A program made the translations under genes and the position numbers. Of a stretch of DNA of 64,000 nt, positions 47,651-58,641 are shown one piece after another (positions within the stretch are counted from its first letter, which is position 1; every line of letters starts with the position of its first letter). Under the pieces are notes generated by a model that made no database searches, was not told where the DNA came from, and saw nothing but the letters and a program-made list of their open reading frames with translations. The stretch is taken from NCBI GenBank assembly GCA_963829525.1, contig CAWHIJ010000003.1:224001-288000 (forward strand). The letters run 5' to 3'. The DNA comes from an uncultured Actinomycetota bacterium. Lineage in GTDB: Bacteria; Actinomycetota; Actinomycetes; JAHEKZ01.

Positions 47651-48799
47651 GTGAAGTTCCGCGTCGACCGCGACGTTTTCGCCGAGGCAGTTGCCTGGGC
47701 CGCGCGCAGCCTGCCCACCCGCCCGCCCCTTCCGGTGCTTGCCGGCCTGTTGATTGACGCCGGAGACGACGGCTTGACCCTGAGCTCGTTCGACTACGAG
47801 GTCTCTGCCCGGGTAGAAGTACCGGCCGACGTGAGCGAGCCAGGCTCGATCTTGGTCTCTGGACGACTACTGGCTGACATCACCCGCAGCCTTCCGGACC
47901 GACCGGTGGAGGTGGCGACGGAGGAGAGTGAGCGCAAGGCACAACTTGTCTGTGGAACGTCGAGATTTAGCTTGCAGACCTTGCCCCGTGAGGACTATCC
48001 GTCGCTGCCGGCCATGCCAGACGCTGCCGGGACCCTGCCGGGGGAGGCATTTGCTGCAGCTGTCGGTCAGGTGGCTGTCGCCGTCGGGCGCGACGACACC
48101 CTTCCGGTCTTGACGGGGATTCGGGTTGAGTTCGAGGGTGACCGACTGGTGCTGGCGGCGACTGACCGCTATCGCCTAGCGGTGCGCGAGCTGCAGTGGA
48201 CTCCTGGACGGACCGATCTGACGACTGTTGCGCTGGTTCAGGGACGTTCGTTAGCCGACACGGCGCGAGCACTCGCCGACGCCGCCACCGTGACGATTGC
48301 CCTCAGCGGAAGCGGTGCTGGAGAGGGCCTCATCGGCTTCGAGGGCGCTGCGGGCAGCGAGAGCCGACGCACCACGAACCGTCTGTTGGACGGCGAGTTT
48401 CCGAAGTACCGTGCGCTGCTGCCGTCTGAGTCGAGCTCGATAGCCGTTGTCGAATCGGCCGCGCTCCTCGAGACGGTCAAGCGCGTCGCCCTGGTGGCGG
48501 ATCGGAACACTCCAGTGCGCCTGTCCTTCGAGGAGGGGCAGCTCGTTGTTGAGGCAGGAGCAGGGGACGAGGCGCAGGCGGTTGAGACGTTGACCTGCGC
48601 CTACTCCGGAGACCCGCTGACGATTGCGTTCAACCCGCAGTTCCTACAGGAAGGCATCGGTGCACTGGGAACGGCGCACACCGAGATCTCCTTCACCACG
48701 TCGACCAAACCGGCTGTGATTGCTGGACGGATCGATCCAGAGAAGCCGAGCGACGGCAGCTACCGGTACCTGATCATGCCGGTGCGTCTCTCCGGCTGA
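47651..48799 (+). CDS. dnaN: DNA polymerase III beta clamp
   Basis: MKFRVDRDVFAEAV, SFDYEVSA, ATDRYRLA, YLIMPVR. Confidence 0.98.
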   Translation: MKFRVDRDVFAEAVAWAARSLPTRPPLPVLAGLLIDAGDDGLTLSSFDYEVSARVEVPADVSEPGSILVSGRLLADITRSLPDRPVEVATEESERKAQLVCGTSRFSLQTLPREDYPSLPAMPDAAGTLPGEAFAAAVGQVAVAVGRDDTLPVLTGIRVEFEGDRLVLAATDRYRLAVRELQWTPGRTDLTTVALVQGRSLADTARALADAATVTIALSGSGAGEGLIGFEGAAGSESRRTTNRLLDGEFPKYRALLPSESSSIAVVESAALLETVKRVALVADRNTPVRLSFEEGQLVVEAGAGDEAQAVETLTCAYSGDPLTIAFNPQFLQEGIGALGTAHTEISFTTSTKPAVIAGRIDPEKPSDGSYRYLIMPVRLSG

Positions 48800-48809
48800 G
48801 CCGGCACTG

Positions 48810-49937
48810 GTGTTCGTTGCAGCGCTCGAGCTGGTCGACTTCCGTTCGTACGCGCTCGTGCAAATCGATCTGGAGCCAGGGGTAACGGTACTGGTCGGCC
48901 GCAACGGACAAGGAAAGACGAACATCGCGGAGGCTATTGGCTACCTGGCCACTCTCGGTAGCCACCGAGTGGCGTCCGACCAGCCGTTGGTTCGCCGTGG
49001 TGCAGAGCGAGCAGTCGTGCGTGCTGCGGTGGAGCGACTCGGTAGGCGACTGCTGCTGGAGATCGAAATCGTTCCGGGCAAGAGCAATCGCGCACGAATC
49101 AACAAGTCACCACTGCCGCGACCACGGGAGATGCTGGGAGTTCTACGCGCTGTTGTGTTCGCACCGGAGGATCTTGGGCTCGTGCGAGGAGATCCTGACT
49201 CGCGCCGAGGATTTCTAGACGACCTGATGATCTTGCGAACGCCTCGACTCGCCGGTGTGAAGTCTGACTACGACCGAATGTTGAAGCAACGAAACGCTCT
49301 CCTCAAGAGCGCGGCTGCCACTCGCGGCTCGTTCGACGCAACGACGTTGGCGGTGTGGAACGACCACCTTGTGCAGTTGGGCAGCGAGGTACTTCAAGCG
49401 AGGCTGGCATTGGTTTCTGAGCTTCGCGCACCGGTTGGGAAGGCTTATGCCGACCTGGCCCCGACAGGTGGTGACACGGGGCTCGACTACAAGGCGTCTT
49501 GGTGCGATGGGTCGCCCCTGGATCATCTGACCTCTCGCGGCGAGATCGCTGCAGAGCTACGCCTGGCGCTCGAACGCGTGGAGCGTGAGGAACTTCAAAG
49601 GGGTGTGACGCTGACCGGACCACACCGCGACGACTTGGTCTTGCTTCTCGGCGACCATCCCGCAAAGGGTTATGCGTCGCACGGAGAGTCGTGGTCGATG
49701 GTGCTGTCGCTCCGTCTGGCGGCGTTCGAGCTGCTGCGGGCCGACGGCGACGACCCAGTGCTCATCCTCGATGACGTCTTTGCTGAGCTTGATTCAACGC
49801 GGCGTGACCGACTTGCGCAGATGGTCTGTGGTGCCGAGCAGGTGTTGGTCACTGCTGCCGTCGCAGAGGACATCCCCGTTACGCTTTCGGGGAGCCGGTT
49901 CACTGTCGACTCCGGGCAGGTGCGACGTGAGTTCTGA
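48810..49937 (+). CDS. recF: DNA replication/repair protein RecF
   Basis: GRNGQGKTN, GPHRDD, SHGESWS, LILDDVFAELD. Confidence 0.98.
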   Translation: MFVAALELVDFRSYALVQIDLEPGVTVLVGRNGQGKTNIAEAIGYLATLGSHRVASDQPLVRRGAERAVVRAAVERLGRRLLLEIEIVPGKSNRARINKSPLPRPREMLGVLRAVVFAPEDLGLVRGDPDSRRGFLDDLMILRTPRLAGVKSDYDRMLKQRNALLKSAAATRGSFDATTLAVWNDHLVQLGSEVLQARLALVSELRAPVGKAYADLAPTGGDTGLDYKASWCDGSPLDHLTSRGEIAAELRLALERVEREELQRGVTLTGPHRDDLVLLLGDHPAKGYASHGESWSMVLSLRLAAFELLRADGDDPVLILDDVFAELDSTRRDRLAQMVCGAEQVLVTAAVAEDIPVTLSGSRFTVDSGQVRREF

Positions 49938-50523
49938 AGATGTGCGCCGTGGTGATGATTCATCGAGCGACCCAACGGCCGAGCAAGAGGCTGCCGCCCC
50001 AGAGGGGGCTACCCCGGAGGGGTCGGACCTGAGCCGATCGCTGCTGGCACAGGTACGGGCCGCGTCTAGATCAGCGCCAGCCAAGGCCCGCAGTGCCGGC
50101 CGGTCCCCACGCCGTCGCTGGCGCAGCAACAGTGCTCCGGCCGCGTACTCTGGCACCGGCCCAGACGACCGTGATCCCCAGCCGATCGCAGTCTCGGTCG
50201 ATGACTTGGTGAGCGAGCGAGGCTGGTCCGAACCCATCGCCGTCGGTGGTGTGGAGGGTCGCTGGTCTCAGATCGTGGGAGATGACATCGCTGGGCACTG
50301 TGTCCCCGAGGAGTTCGAGGCCGGGCGCCTCACCGTCCGAACCGACTCGACTGCCTGGGCCACCCAGGTGCGGATGTTGGCCCCCACCTTGCTGGCGCGG
50401 CTCAACAACGAGCTGGGTGCCGGCACCGTCACCCACCTTCAGGTCCTGGGGCCGGAGGGGCCGTCGTGGAAGAAGGGGCGGCTCCGGGTCAAGGGTCGGG
50501 GCCCGCGAGACACTTACGGTTGA
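49927..50523 (+). CDS. dciA: DUF721 / DciA helicase-loading protein
   Basis: DDRDPQP, WSQIVG, STAWATQ, GPRDTYG; lies between recF and gyrB. Confidence 0.9.
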   Translation: MSSEDVRRGDDSSSDPTAEQEAAAPEGATPEGSDLSRSLLAQVRAASRSAPAKARSAGRSPRRRWRSNSAPAAYSGTGPDDRDPQPIAVSVDDLVSERGWSEPIAVGGVEGRWSQIVGDDIAGHCVPEEFEAGRLTVRTDSTAWATQVRMLAPTLLARLNNELGAGTVTHLQVLGPEGPSWKKGRLRVKGRGPRDTYG

Positions 50524-50645
50524 GGGTGTCGAACGGGGGCCGCGAGACCCGGCAGATCGCTCGAAATCAGCCTTGCGCGTATGGAGGGTCGCCCCCCTGC
50601 TTGTTCGCGCCACCAGACCGGCGCCACCGGCCTGAGATAGGCATT

Positions 50646-50668
50646 CTGTCGTCCGTACCCGGTAGAAT
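50646..50668 (+). promoter_or_regulatory. gyrB promoter, RecA-NDp/PafBC-like
   Basis: CTGTCG-N11-TAGAAT, the same spacing as the dnaB element. Confidence 0.5.
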
Positions 50669-50799
50669 CAGATCACCGTCCACGTACGGCACAAACTGAC
50701 CGCTTCCTCACACCGCAACATCACCTTGGGCCGCTCCGCAGCAGACTCGAACCGATGAGAACAGCTGAGCACGGAGTGGCCCTTGATCGGAGCCGACTG

Positions 50800-52776
50800 T
50801 TGTCCTACGACGCCACTGACATCCAGGTCCTCGAGGGCCTTGACGCGGTACGCAAGCGGCCTGGCATGTACATCGGCTCCACCGGTGAGCGAGGGTTGCA
50901 CCACTTGGTCCAGGAAGTCGTCGACAACTCCGTCGACGAAGCAATGGCTGGGTACGCCGACCACATCACCGTGACCCTGCGCGAGGACGGATCGGTGCGC
51001 GTCGTCGACAACGGCCGCGGCATACCCGTTGACCTGCATCCGGTCGAGAAGCGTCCTGCGGTCGAGGTTGTGTTGACCGTGCTTCACGCTGGGGGAAAGT
51101 TCGGCGGTGGCGGCTACTCGGTCTCCGGTGGCCTACACGGAGTCGGGGTCTCCGTTGTCAACGCGCTCTCCACCCGGCTTGATGTCGAGGTCTGTCGCGA
51201 CGGCCACGTGTGGCGCCAGTCGTATGAGCACGGAGTTCCGATGGCTCCGCTGGCCAAGGGCGAGGCGACCGAAGTCACAGGAACGACGATCACGTTCTGG
51301 GCGGACGAAGGGATTTTCGACAGCACGGTCTATTCGTTCGACACGCTCTCTCGGCGTCTTCAGGAGATGGCGTTCCTCAACCGCGCTCTGACCATCGAGC
51401 TGGTCGATGAAAGGATCGCGCCCCCTGCGACCGACGTGGACCCGTTGGTCGAGGACGAAGAGACTGTGCGATACGTGACTTATTACTACGAGGGCGGCAT
51501 CGCCGACTTCGTACGACACATCAACGCGCGCAGCAAGTCCGGGCCGGTGCACTCCAATGTCATCGAGTACGGCGCTGAGGATACCGAGCTTGGCATGAGT
51601 CTTGAGGTCGCCATGCAATGGAATGGGGACTACACCGAAGGTGTGCACACCTTCGCGAACACGATCAACACTCACGAAGGAGGCGCGCACGAAGAGGGTT
51701 TCCGTACGTCGCTTACATCGTTGATGAACCGCTACGCACGAGAGCGATGGAACCTGCTTAAGGACAAGGACCCGAATCTGTCGGGTGAAGACATTCGTGA
51801 AGGTCTGACAGCGATTGTCTCCATCAAGCTGCGCGAACCGCAGTTCGAAGGTCAGACGAAGACCAAGCTGGGCAACGCAGACGCGAAGACCTTCGTGCAG
51901 AAAGTCACCAACGATCAACTCGCCGCCTGGTTCGATGCGAACCCGGCTGAGGGCAAAGAAGTTGCGCGAAAGTCGATCAATGCCGCAACGGCGCGGATCG
52001 CCGCACGTAAGGCGCGCGACCTCGCCCGTAACCGCAAGGGCCTGCTGGGCGGTGGTGGTCTGCCTGGAAAGTTGATCGATTGCTCGTCGAACAACCCCGA
52101 GGAGTGCGAGGTCTTCGTCGTCGAAGGTGACTCCGCCGGTGGCAGCGCGCGCAACGGGCGCAATCCACAGACGCAGGCGATCTTGCCGATCCGCGGCAAG
52201 ATCCTCAATGTTGAGAAGGCACGGATCGACCGGGTGCTGCAGAACAACGAGGTCCAGGCAATGATCTCAGCGCTCGGCACGGGGGTTCATGAAGAGTTCG
52301 ATCTCGACAAGCTGCGCTACCACAAGATCGTGCTGATGGCTGACGCCGACGTCGATGGTCAACACATTCGCACTCTGCTGCTCACGCTGCTCTTCCGCTT
52401 CATGCGGCCCCTCATCGAAGAGGGGTACGTCTACTTGGCGCAGCCGCCACTGTTCAAGATCAAGTGGTCTCGCGAAGACGCGGAGTACGCCTATAGCGAC
52501 CGTGAGCGGGACGCGCTGCTCGAAGCCGGTGCGGCGGCGGGACGGAAGATCCCGAAGGAAGAGGGCATCCAGCGCTACAAGGGACTCGGAGAGATGAATG
52601 CCGACGAGCTCTGGGAGACCACCATGGACTCGCAGCGACGCATCCTTCTGCAAGTCACGCTCGAGGACGCCATCCAAGCTGACGAGACGTTCGCCACCCT
52701 CATGGGTGAGGACGTCGAGGCACGCCGAAGGTTCATCCAACGCAACGCCCGCGACGTGCGCTTCCTCGACATCTAG
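50800..52776 (+). CDS. gyrB: DNA gyrase subunit B
   Basis: [56 protein letters not shown]; alternative start at 50755. Confidence 0.98.
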   Translation: MSYDATDIQVLEGLDAVRKRPGMYIGSTGERGLHHLVQEVVDNSVDEAMAGYADHITVTLREDGSVRVVDNGRGIPVDLHPVEKRPAVEVVLTVLHAGGKFGGGGYSVSGGLHGVGVSVVNALSTRLDVEVCRDGHVWRQSYEHGVPMAPLAKGEATEVTGTTITFWADEGIFDSTVYSFDTLSRRLQEMAFLNRALTIELVDERIAPPATDVDPLVEDEETVRYVTYYYEGGIADFVRHINARSKSGPVHSNVIEYGAEDTELGMSLEVAMQWNGDYTEGVHTFANTINTHEGGAHEEGFRTSLTSLMNRYARERWNLLKDKDPNLSGEDIREGLTAIVSIKLREPQFEGQTKTKLGNADAKTFVQKVTNDQLAAWFDANPAEGKEVARKSINAATARIAARKARDLARNRKGLLGGGGLPGKLIDCSSNNPEECEVFVVEGDSAGGSARNGRNPQTQAILPIRGKILNVEKARIDRVLQNNEVQAMISALGTGVHEEFDLDKLRYHKIVLMADADVDGQHIRTLLLTLLFRFMRPLIEEGYVYLAQPPLFKIKWSREDAEYAYSDRERDALLEAGAAAGRKIPKEEGIQRYKGLGEMNADELWETTMDSQRRILLQVTLEDAIQADETFATLMGEDVEARRRFIQRNARDVRFLDI

Positions 52777-52823
52777 GCCAACAGCTTCCCTAACCACCGA
52801 CACCCAGCGAACAGGGACACCAG

Positions 52824-55370
52824 GTGACTGAGACCACCGACACACCAGGCCCGGGCGGCCGCGTCGAGCCTGTCGACCTTCAGGTCGAGATGCAGCGCTC
52901 GTACCTCGACTACGCCATGAGCGTGATCGTGTCGCGCGCTCTTCCCGACGTACGTGACGGGCTCAAGCCCGTTCACCGTCGCGTGATCTACGCGATGTAC
53001 GACGGCGGCTACCGGCCCGACCGCAACTTCAGCAAGTGCGCCCGCATCGTCGGCGACGTGATGGGCAACTATCACCCGCACGGCGACAACGCGATCTACG
53101 ACACCTTGGTGCGCCTTGCCCAGCCCTGGGCGTTGCGTTATCCACTGGTGCAAGGTCAGGGAAACTTCGGATCCCCGGGCAACGATGCCGCCGCCGCCAT
53201 GCGCTACACCGAAGCCCGAATGACGCCACTGGCCATGGAGATGGTCCGTGACATCGACGAGGACACTGTCGACTTCGCGCCGAACTACGACGGCCGAACG
53301 GCCGAACCCACGATCCTTCCGAGCAGGTTTCCGAACCTGTTGGTGAACGGTAGCGCCGGCATTGCCGTTGGCATGGCCACCAACATCCCGCCACACAACC
53401 TGCGTGAGGTCGCCTCAGGTGTTCAATGGGCGCTGCAGCACCCCGGAGCCACTCGCGAAGAGTTGCTCGGGGCCTTGCTGGACAGAATCAAAGGCCCCGA
53501 CTTCCCGACGGGTTCGCTCATCGTCGGCAAGCGAGGGATTGACGACGCGTACCGCACCGGACGCGGTCTTATCACGATGCGCGCGGTCGTCGAGGTCGAG
53601 GAGATCCAGAACCGCGTCTGTCTGGTGATCTCTCAGCTGCCGTACCAAGTCAACCCCGACAACCTGGCGCTCAAGATCGCAGACCTGGTCAACAGTGGCA
53701 AGCTGCAGGGAATTGCGGACCTGCGTGACGACTCATCGTCGCGCACCGGGATGCGCATCATCGTTGTCCTCAAGCGTGACGCCGTGGCAAAGGTGGTGCT
53801 GAACAACCTCTACAAGCACACCCAGCTCCAGGAGACCTTCGGCGCCAACATGTTGGCACTCGTCGATGGTGTGCCGCGTACCCTGACGCTCGACCAGTTC
53901 GTCACCTACTGGATCGCACACCAGATCGAGGTCATTCAGCGTCGTACGCGCTACCGGTTGCGCAAGGCAGAGGAACGAGCGCATATCCTGCGTGCGCTGC
54001 TCAAGGCTCTGGATGCTCTGGATGATGTGATTGCGCTCATCCGGGCAAGTGCCACTGTTGACGATGCGCGCACAGGTCTCATGCAGCTGCTTGATATCGA
54101 TGAGGTTCAGGCGACCGCCATCCTCGACATGCAGTTGCGGCGACTTGCCGCACTGGAGCACAAGAAGATCACCGACGAGTACGACGATTTGATGTCGCGG
54201 ATCGCCGACTACAACGACATTCTCTCCAGTGAGGAGCGTCAGCGCTCCATCGTCGGTGATGAGCTCGCAGAGATTGTTGACAAGTTCGGTGACGAGCGAC
54301 GCACGGAGATCGTTCCCTTCGATGGTGACATGTCGATCGAGGACTTGATCGCTGAAGAAGACCTTGTGATCACCATCACGCGTGACGGCTACGCCAAGCG
54401 GACGAAGTCTGACCTGTACCGGTCTCAGCGGCGCGGCGGCAAAGGCGTTCGCGGAGCCGCACTCAAACAGGACGACATTGTCGAACACTTCTTCACGACG
54501 ACGACACACCACTGGATCCTCTTCTTTACCAACCAGGGGCGTGTCTATCGTGCCAAGGCGTTTGAGCTTCCAGACGCTGGTCGCGACGCGCGTGGTCAGC
54601 ACGTGGCAAATCTGCTCGCCTTCCAACCCGACGAACAGATCGCCCAGGTGCTGGACCTGAAGGACTACGAGCAGTCGCCCTATCTGGTGCTCGCAACGCG
54701 GGGCGGCATGGTCAAGAAGACCAAGCTCACTGAGTACGATTCCAACCGCAGCGGCGGAGTCATCGCAATCAACCTGCGTGAGGGCGACGAGGTCATTTCA
54801 GCCGTTCTCTGCGGCGCCGACGATGACCTCCTGCTCGTCTCACGCAAGGGTCAGTCCGTGCGCTTCCACTGTGATGACGCCACGTTGCGCCCCATGGCCC
54901 GTGCCACCCAAGGCGTGATCGGCATGAAGTTCCGGGGCTCTGACCACTTGCTCGCCATGGACGTCGTCCACGAGGAAGCGTTCGTGGTCACCGTCACCGA
55001 TGGAGGTTTTGCAAAGCGCACTTCCGTCACGGAGTGGACGCCGAAGGGGCGGGGGATCCTCGGCGTCAAGGCAATGCGACTGGCCAGTGACGAGCGTGGC
55101 TCGCTGGTGGGGGCGATTGTTGCGCACGAGGGTGACGAAATCTTTGCCATCAAGTCGAGCGGCGAGGTGATCCGCACCCCCGTGGGAGACATCCGCGCAA
55201 CTGGACGCGACACCATGGGCGTCACGCTGACGTCAGTCGGAGAGGGTGACGCAGTTGTTGCAGTGACCCGAAACCCCGAGGCCGACGATGTTGACGAGGC
55301 CGAGGCAGTGGAGGCCGAGGCAGTGGAGGACGGTCCGGTGGGCGAATCTGACGAGGGACAGGCGCCGTGA
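52824..55370 (+). CDS. gyrA: DNA gyrase subunit A
   Basis: [21 protein letters not shown], GyrA-box QRRGGKG. Confidence 0.99.
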   Translation: MTETTDTPGPGGRVEPVDLQVEMQRSYLDYAMSVIVSRALPDVRDGLKPVHRRVIYAMYDGGYRPDRNFSKCARIVGDVMGNYHPHGDNAIYDTLVRLAQPWALRYPLVQGQGNFGSPGNDAAAAMRYTEARMTPLAMEMVRDIDEDTVDFAPNYDGRTAEPTILPSRFPNLLVNGSAGIAVGMATNIPPHNLREVASGVQWALQHPGATREELLGALLDRIKGPDFPTGSLIVGKRGIDDAYRTGRGLITMRAVVEVEEIQNRVCLVISQLPYQVNPDNLALKIADLVNSGKLQGIADLRDDSSSRTGMRIIVVLKRDAVAKVVLNNLYKHTQLQETFGANMLALVDGVPRTLTLDQFVTYWIAHQIEVIQRRTRYRLRKAEERAHILRALLKALDALDDVIALIRASATVDDARTGLMQLLDIDEVQATAILDMQLRRLAALEHKKITDEYDDLMSRIADYNDILSSEERQRSIVGDELAEIVDKFGDERRTEIVPFDGDMSIEDLIAEEDLVITITRDGYAKRTKSDLYRSQRRGGKGVRGAALKQDDIVEHFFTTTTHHWILFFTNQGRVYRAKAFELPDAGRDARGQHVANLLAFQPDEQIAQVLDLKDYEQSPYLVLATRGGMVKKTKLTEYDSNRSGGVIAINLREGDEVISAVLCGADDDLLLVSRKGQSVRFHCDDATLRPMARATQGVIGMKFRGSDHLLAMDVVHEEAFVVTVTDGGFAKRTSVTEWTPKGRGILGVKAMRLASDERGSLVGAIVAHEGDEIFAIKSSGEVIRTPVGDIRATGRDTMGVTLTSVGEGDAVVAVTRNPEADDVDEAEAVEAEAVEDGPVGESDEGQAP
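55296..55325 (+). repeat. 15-bp in-frame tandem duplication in the acidic GyrA tail
   Basis: GAGGCCGAGGCAGTG x2 ([10 protein letters not shown]). Confidence 0.85.
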
Positions 55371-55852
55371 CGACTACCAGCGGCGGACGGCCGAGCGATA
55401 GCGCGAAGACCCCGAGGCCGGTGATGCCCGAACGACCGGCGACTGGACCAGGAACGGTCGTAGCTCCGGTCGGCAATCCGTATATGGCGAGAGAGCGTCG
55501 GCTTCGGCTGACGATCACTCGTCTCGATCCCTGGACGGTTCTTCGACTTTCGTTCTTGCTTTCTATCGCGACGGCCATCATCAGCGTGGTGGCCCTGCTC
55601 TTGCTTTGGACGATGTTGGCAACTGCCGGCGTTTTTGGATCCGTCGATGACGCCTTGCAGTCGGTACTCGGCGATGGCGCTGTGACTGTGACGCAGTACT
55701 TCGGATTCGGACGAGTGCTCTCGGTGGCGCTGCTGATCGGAGCTATTGACGTGGTGCTGATCACGGCCCTCGCCACCATCGGCGCCTTCCTCTTCAACCT
55801 TGCCAGTAGTCTCGCCGGGGGCCTTGAGGTCTCGGTCACCGACGAGGGCTGA
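55367..55852 (+). CDS. DUF3566 membrane protein (Rv0007-like)
   Basis: [24 protein letters not shown]...GGLEV; conserved after gyrA. Confidence 0.92.
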   Translation: MTTTSGGRPSDSAKTPRPVMPERPATGPGTVVAPVGNPYMARERRLRLTITRLDPWTVLRLSFLLSIATAIISVVALLLLWTMLATAGVFGSVDDALQSVLGDGAVTVTQYFGFGRVLSVALLIGAIDVVLITALATIGAFLFNLASSLAGGLEVSVTDEG

Positions 55853-55908
55853 GGGCGGTGCCCGGTTTTGGAGGGACTGAGTGGTCAGGTAGCCTTCACG
55901 TTCGGCAC

Positions 55909-55983
55909 GGGCCTATAGCTCAGCTCGGTTAGAGCGCTTCCCTGATAAGGAAGAGGTCGATGGTTCAAGTCCATCTAGGCCCA
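55909..55983 (+). tRNA. tRNA-Ile(GAT)
   Basis: GGGCCTA/TAGGCCC acceptor stem, anticodon GAT 55944-55946, GGTTCAAGT T-loop; CCA not encoded. Confidence 0.97.
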
Positions 55984-56013
55984 CTGACCCATCCCCGGCT
56001 ACTTGGAGTAGGT

Positions 56014-56163
56014 ATGTTCAAGAAGTTGCTCGTCCTGGCTGCAGCTGCCGCCGGTGCCTTCGCTGTCTGGCGCAAGGTCTCCAACGATAAAGCGGAGCAG
56101 GACCTCTGGAACGAGGCAGTCTCAGACCTTGATCCGGACGCTCCGGTGGTCGACCTTCGCTGA
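56014..56163 (+). CDS. DLW-39 family small protein
   Basis: MFKKLLVLAAAAAGAFAVWRK...AEQDLWNEA; sits between tRNA-Ile and tRNA-Ala. Confidence 0.88.
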   Translation: MFKKLLVLAAAAAGAFAVWRKVSNDKAEQDLWNEAVSDLDPDAPVVDLR

Positions 56164-56194
56164 ACTTGCACCCGCGGGCGCCTGACGGCGCACC

Positions 56195-56267
56195 GGGGAC
56201 GTAGCTCAATTGGCAGAGCACCGCCTTTGCAAGGCGGGGGTTAGGGGTTCGATTCCCCTCGTCTCCA
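56195..56267 (+). tRNA. tRNA-Ala(TGC)
   Basis: GGGGACG/CGTCTCC acceptor stem with G3:U70, anticodon TGC 56228-56230, GGTTCGATT T-loop; CCA not encoded. Confidence 0.97.
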
Positions 56268-56407
56268 CTCACGCAGCTCCCCGTACGACCGATCACAGAA
56301 TCTGTGGGCTGGATTCACTCTCGTGTACCGCAGGGTTCCTGGGCCGAGGTGGCTGGCGGTCTGTGGATTGTGCCCGAACCGGCGTCACGTGGGGCTAACT
56401 TCCCTCC

Positions 56408-56917
56408 ATGACACCTACCCGAGCTACCGCATCCGTCCTATCCGCCAGCCTGGCCTTGAGCCTGATACTCGCCTTCGCACCGCCGGCGTCGGCCGCCGAG
56501 CTGATCGTCACCGACTCCGCGCGCGACAACGCGGGCCCCGGCCTCGACATCATCAGCGCGGTTCTGGAGAACACCGACTACACGGTGTCCGGAACCGTGA
56601 GCTTCCGCGCCGACCGGGACGGCACCCTCGTCGTCGGCCTCAAGGCGCACGACCGAGGACTCCTTCGGGTGGTGAGTAAGCACCATCAAGGAGGCAGCGC
56701 ACGTAGTGTGCTCATCGACAATGATGGCCGCATCACGTGCGACGGACTCGCCGTCCGGTGGAACACCAGAACGGGGTCTGCAAGGTTCAGCGTCCCATCG
56801 ACGTGCCTGTGGGATGGCAACTACGGCGCAGTCCGCCCCTGGTTTCTCATCGAGCGACTCGACTCAGGAAATGATGTCGATGTCGCCACGACCACCGAGT
56901 TTGTCCCTCGCGGCTGA
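56408..56917 (+). CDS. Secreted hypothetical protein
   Basis: Signal peptide ending ASA-A, beta-rich body, two Cys; TAACTT -10 just upstream of the ATG. Confidence 0.7.
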   Translation: MTPTRATASVLSASLALSLILAFAPPASAAELIVTDSARDNAGPGLDIISAVLENTDYTVSGTVSFRADRDGTLVVGLKAHDRGLLRVVSKHHQGGSARSVLIDNDGRITCDGLAVRWNTRTGSARFSVPSTCLWDGNYGAVRPWFLIERLDSGNDVDVATTTEFVPRG

Positions 56918-57066
56918 CTCGACAGCGTCGGTGTGGCGGGAAAGTCCTGCCTCGTGACTTCAGCTCGCCATGACCAGACGCAACTCGCCACCTAACCGAC
57001 AGTTTCGCCGACAGTTTTGACCGGGCGAGCTGACTGTGGAACGTAATCCGCGCCGAGCGCGGCTAG

Positions 57067-57219
57067 TGTTCCGCAACCAAGAGAGAATCACGGTCGGTCG
57101 CAGCTCCTCAGATCAACTCATCGGGCCACGGCGGGCATACCCGCATCTATTGGAAGGCCCAGACGAGCGAGGCCTTCACGTTCCTGGGGTCTCACCTGGG
57201 CAATGAATCCCTCAACTGA
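57067..57219 (+). pseudogene. Possible C-terminal remnant of an esterase/antigen-85-type alpha/beta hydrolase
   Basis: Startless frame ends GHGGHTRIYWKAQTSEAFTFLGSHLG, resembling the GGHxxxYW...FLxxHL catalytic-His tail. Confidence 0.45.
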
Positions 57220-58576
57220 TCGCGGTGAGAAACTCCTCGCTGGATGTGAGGTACGCATCGACGTCATCTTGAGTCGCGGCGAAAGAGATGGCCGGACCAG
57301 ACGTTGCGATCGCATCCCAGACTCCGCGGTTCATCAAGAACGCTTTTCGCGCGTCTGCAAACGCCTCGTTGACTGATCCGTAGCCGTCATAGCCGGTCAC
57401 GGGTTCATCAGCGGTCAACCGCCACTGGCAGCGTCCGCCCCACCGGTCGATCGTGAAGCCGAGGCCACTGGCGTCAACCAGCTCTTGAAGTCCACGTTGC
57501 AGCTGCTCACCGAGCCGGCTGACGCGTGTGTGTGCCTCGGCGGTGAAGACCTCGGCCAGGCCAGCCCGAGCAGCAGCCATCGACAACGCGTTTGCGTACA
57601 CCGTTCCGCCCGTGGGAACGCTGGGCCCATGCGTGAAGTCGCCTTCGACGTGGTTGGCGAGGAAGTCACCAAGCGGCGCGGTCATGCCGAAGACGCCCAC
57701 CGGCATGCCGCCACCGATCCCCTTGCCGCCAGTAACGATGTCTGGGTCGAGCCCGAACTCCTGCGCACCACCACCTTGGACGGCGAACTGGGTATGGGTG
57801 ACGTCGGCGATGACGAGCGTTCCGTGCTGACGGGTAGCTGCGCGGATCGCCGCGTGAAAGCCGGGCTGCGGCATGACGAGCCCGCAGTTGGTCATCACAG
57901 GTTCGAGGAGCACCGCGGCCACGTCGTCGTCAGTGAGTGCTCTCTGGAGGGCAGGCAGGTCGTTGAAGGGCACCGCAGTCAGGTGAGCTCCCGAACCCTC
58001 GGTGATGCCGATCCCGTCAGGCTCGTCCTTCGTCCAGAGCATCTCATCCATGTGACCGTGGTACTTGGCCTGGAAGACGACGACCCGCTGTCGGCCCGAG
58101 AACGCCCTGGCCACGCGCAGAGCGTCGACATTCGCCCCGGACGCCGAGAGGGTGTACTGCCAGCGGGGTAGACCGAAGCGATCGCTCAGCAGCTGGCTGA
58201 CCGCGAGCGCATCCGTGGTCGGCAGCAGAAAGTGGTTACCGAGGGCTGCCTGTTCGGCGATAGCGGTGACGATGGGTGGAGGCGCAAATCCGGCAGCCAT
58301 GGCCAGATCGCACAGGTTGAAGTCGCGGTAGGTGTTCCCGTCAAGGTCGGTGAATGTCGAACCACTGCCAGAAACAGCGACCACCGGCGAGTGACGCCAG
58401 AAGCCAGACATCCACGAGACCGGGACGCCGTTGGGCATCAGTTGGGCCGCCTCGGCAAGCCACGCCCGCGATCGGGGGATCGAGTCGTGGAAAGTCACCG
58501 TCTCGGCGTCGCGAAGGCGCTCCAAGCGAGCCTGAAGGGTAGGAGTGATCAGCGAGTCCATGGTCGATACTGACAC
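57212..58576 (-). CDS. Class III PLP aminotransferase, paralog of 1790-3152
   Basis: NGVPVSWM, YHGH, LLEPVMTN, GGKGIGGGMP, GGTVYANALS. Confidence 0.9.
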   Translation of the reverse strand: MSVSTMDSLITPTLQARLERLRDAETVTFHDSIPRSRAWLAEAAQLMPNGVPVSWMSGFWRHSPVVAVSGSGSTFTDLDGNTYRDFNLCDLAMAAGFAPPPIVTAIAEQAALGNHFLLPTTDALAVSQLLSDRFGLPRWQYTLSASGANVDALRVARAFSGRQRVVVFQAKYHGHMDEMLWTKDEPDGIGITEGSGAHLTAVPFNDLPALQRALTDDDVAAVLLEPVMTNCGLVMPQPGFHAAIRAATRQHGTLVIADVTHTQFAVQGGGAQEFGLDPDIVTGGKGIGGGMPVGVFGMTAPLGDFLANHVEGDFTHGPSVPTGGTVYANALSMAAARAGLAEVFTAEAHTRVSRLGEQLQRGLQELVDASGLGFTIDRWGGRCQWRLTADEPVTGYDGYGSVNEAFADARKAFLMNRGVWDAIATSGPAISFAATQDDVDAYLTSSEEFLTAIS

Positions 58577-58641
58577 GGCGATCGTGGTGGCGGTATGCGA
58601 GGATCAACGGGCCGACGACGACATCATCAGAAGGGCCGACC

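Noticed and set aside
48799-48810. Absence of gnd between dnaN and recF
   Set aside because: Its presence is patchy across actinomycetes, so absence is unremarkable.
55909-56267. tRNA-Ile/tRNA-Ala as an rRNA operon spacer
   Set aside because: No 16S or 23S sequence flanks them; this pair after gyrA is standard in Actinobacteria.
56294-56306. Palindrome CACAGA-a-TCTGTG, and CAGGGT-t-ACCCTG at 37854
   Set aside because: Short, single-copy and compatible with chance.
56245-58640. Integrated element at tRNA-Ala
   Set aside because: No integrase and no duplicated tRNA 3' end seen.
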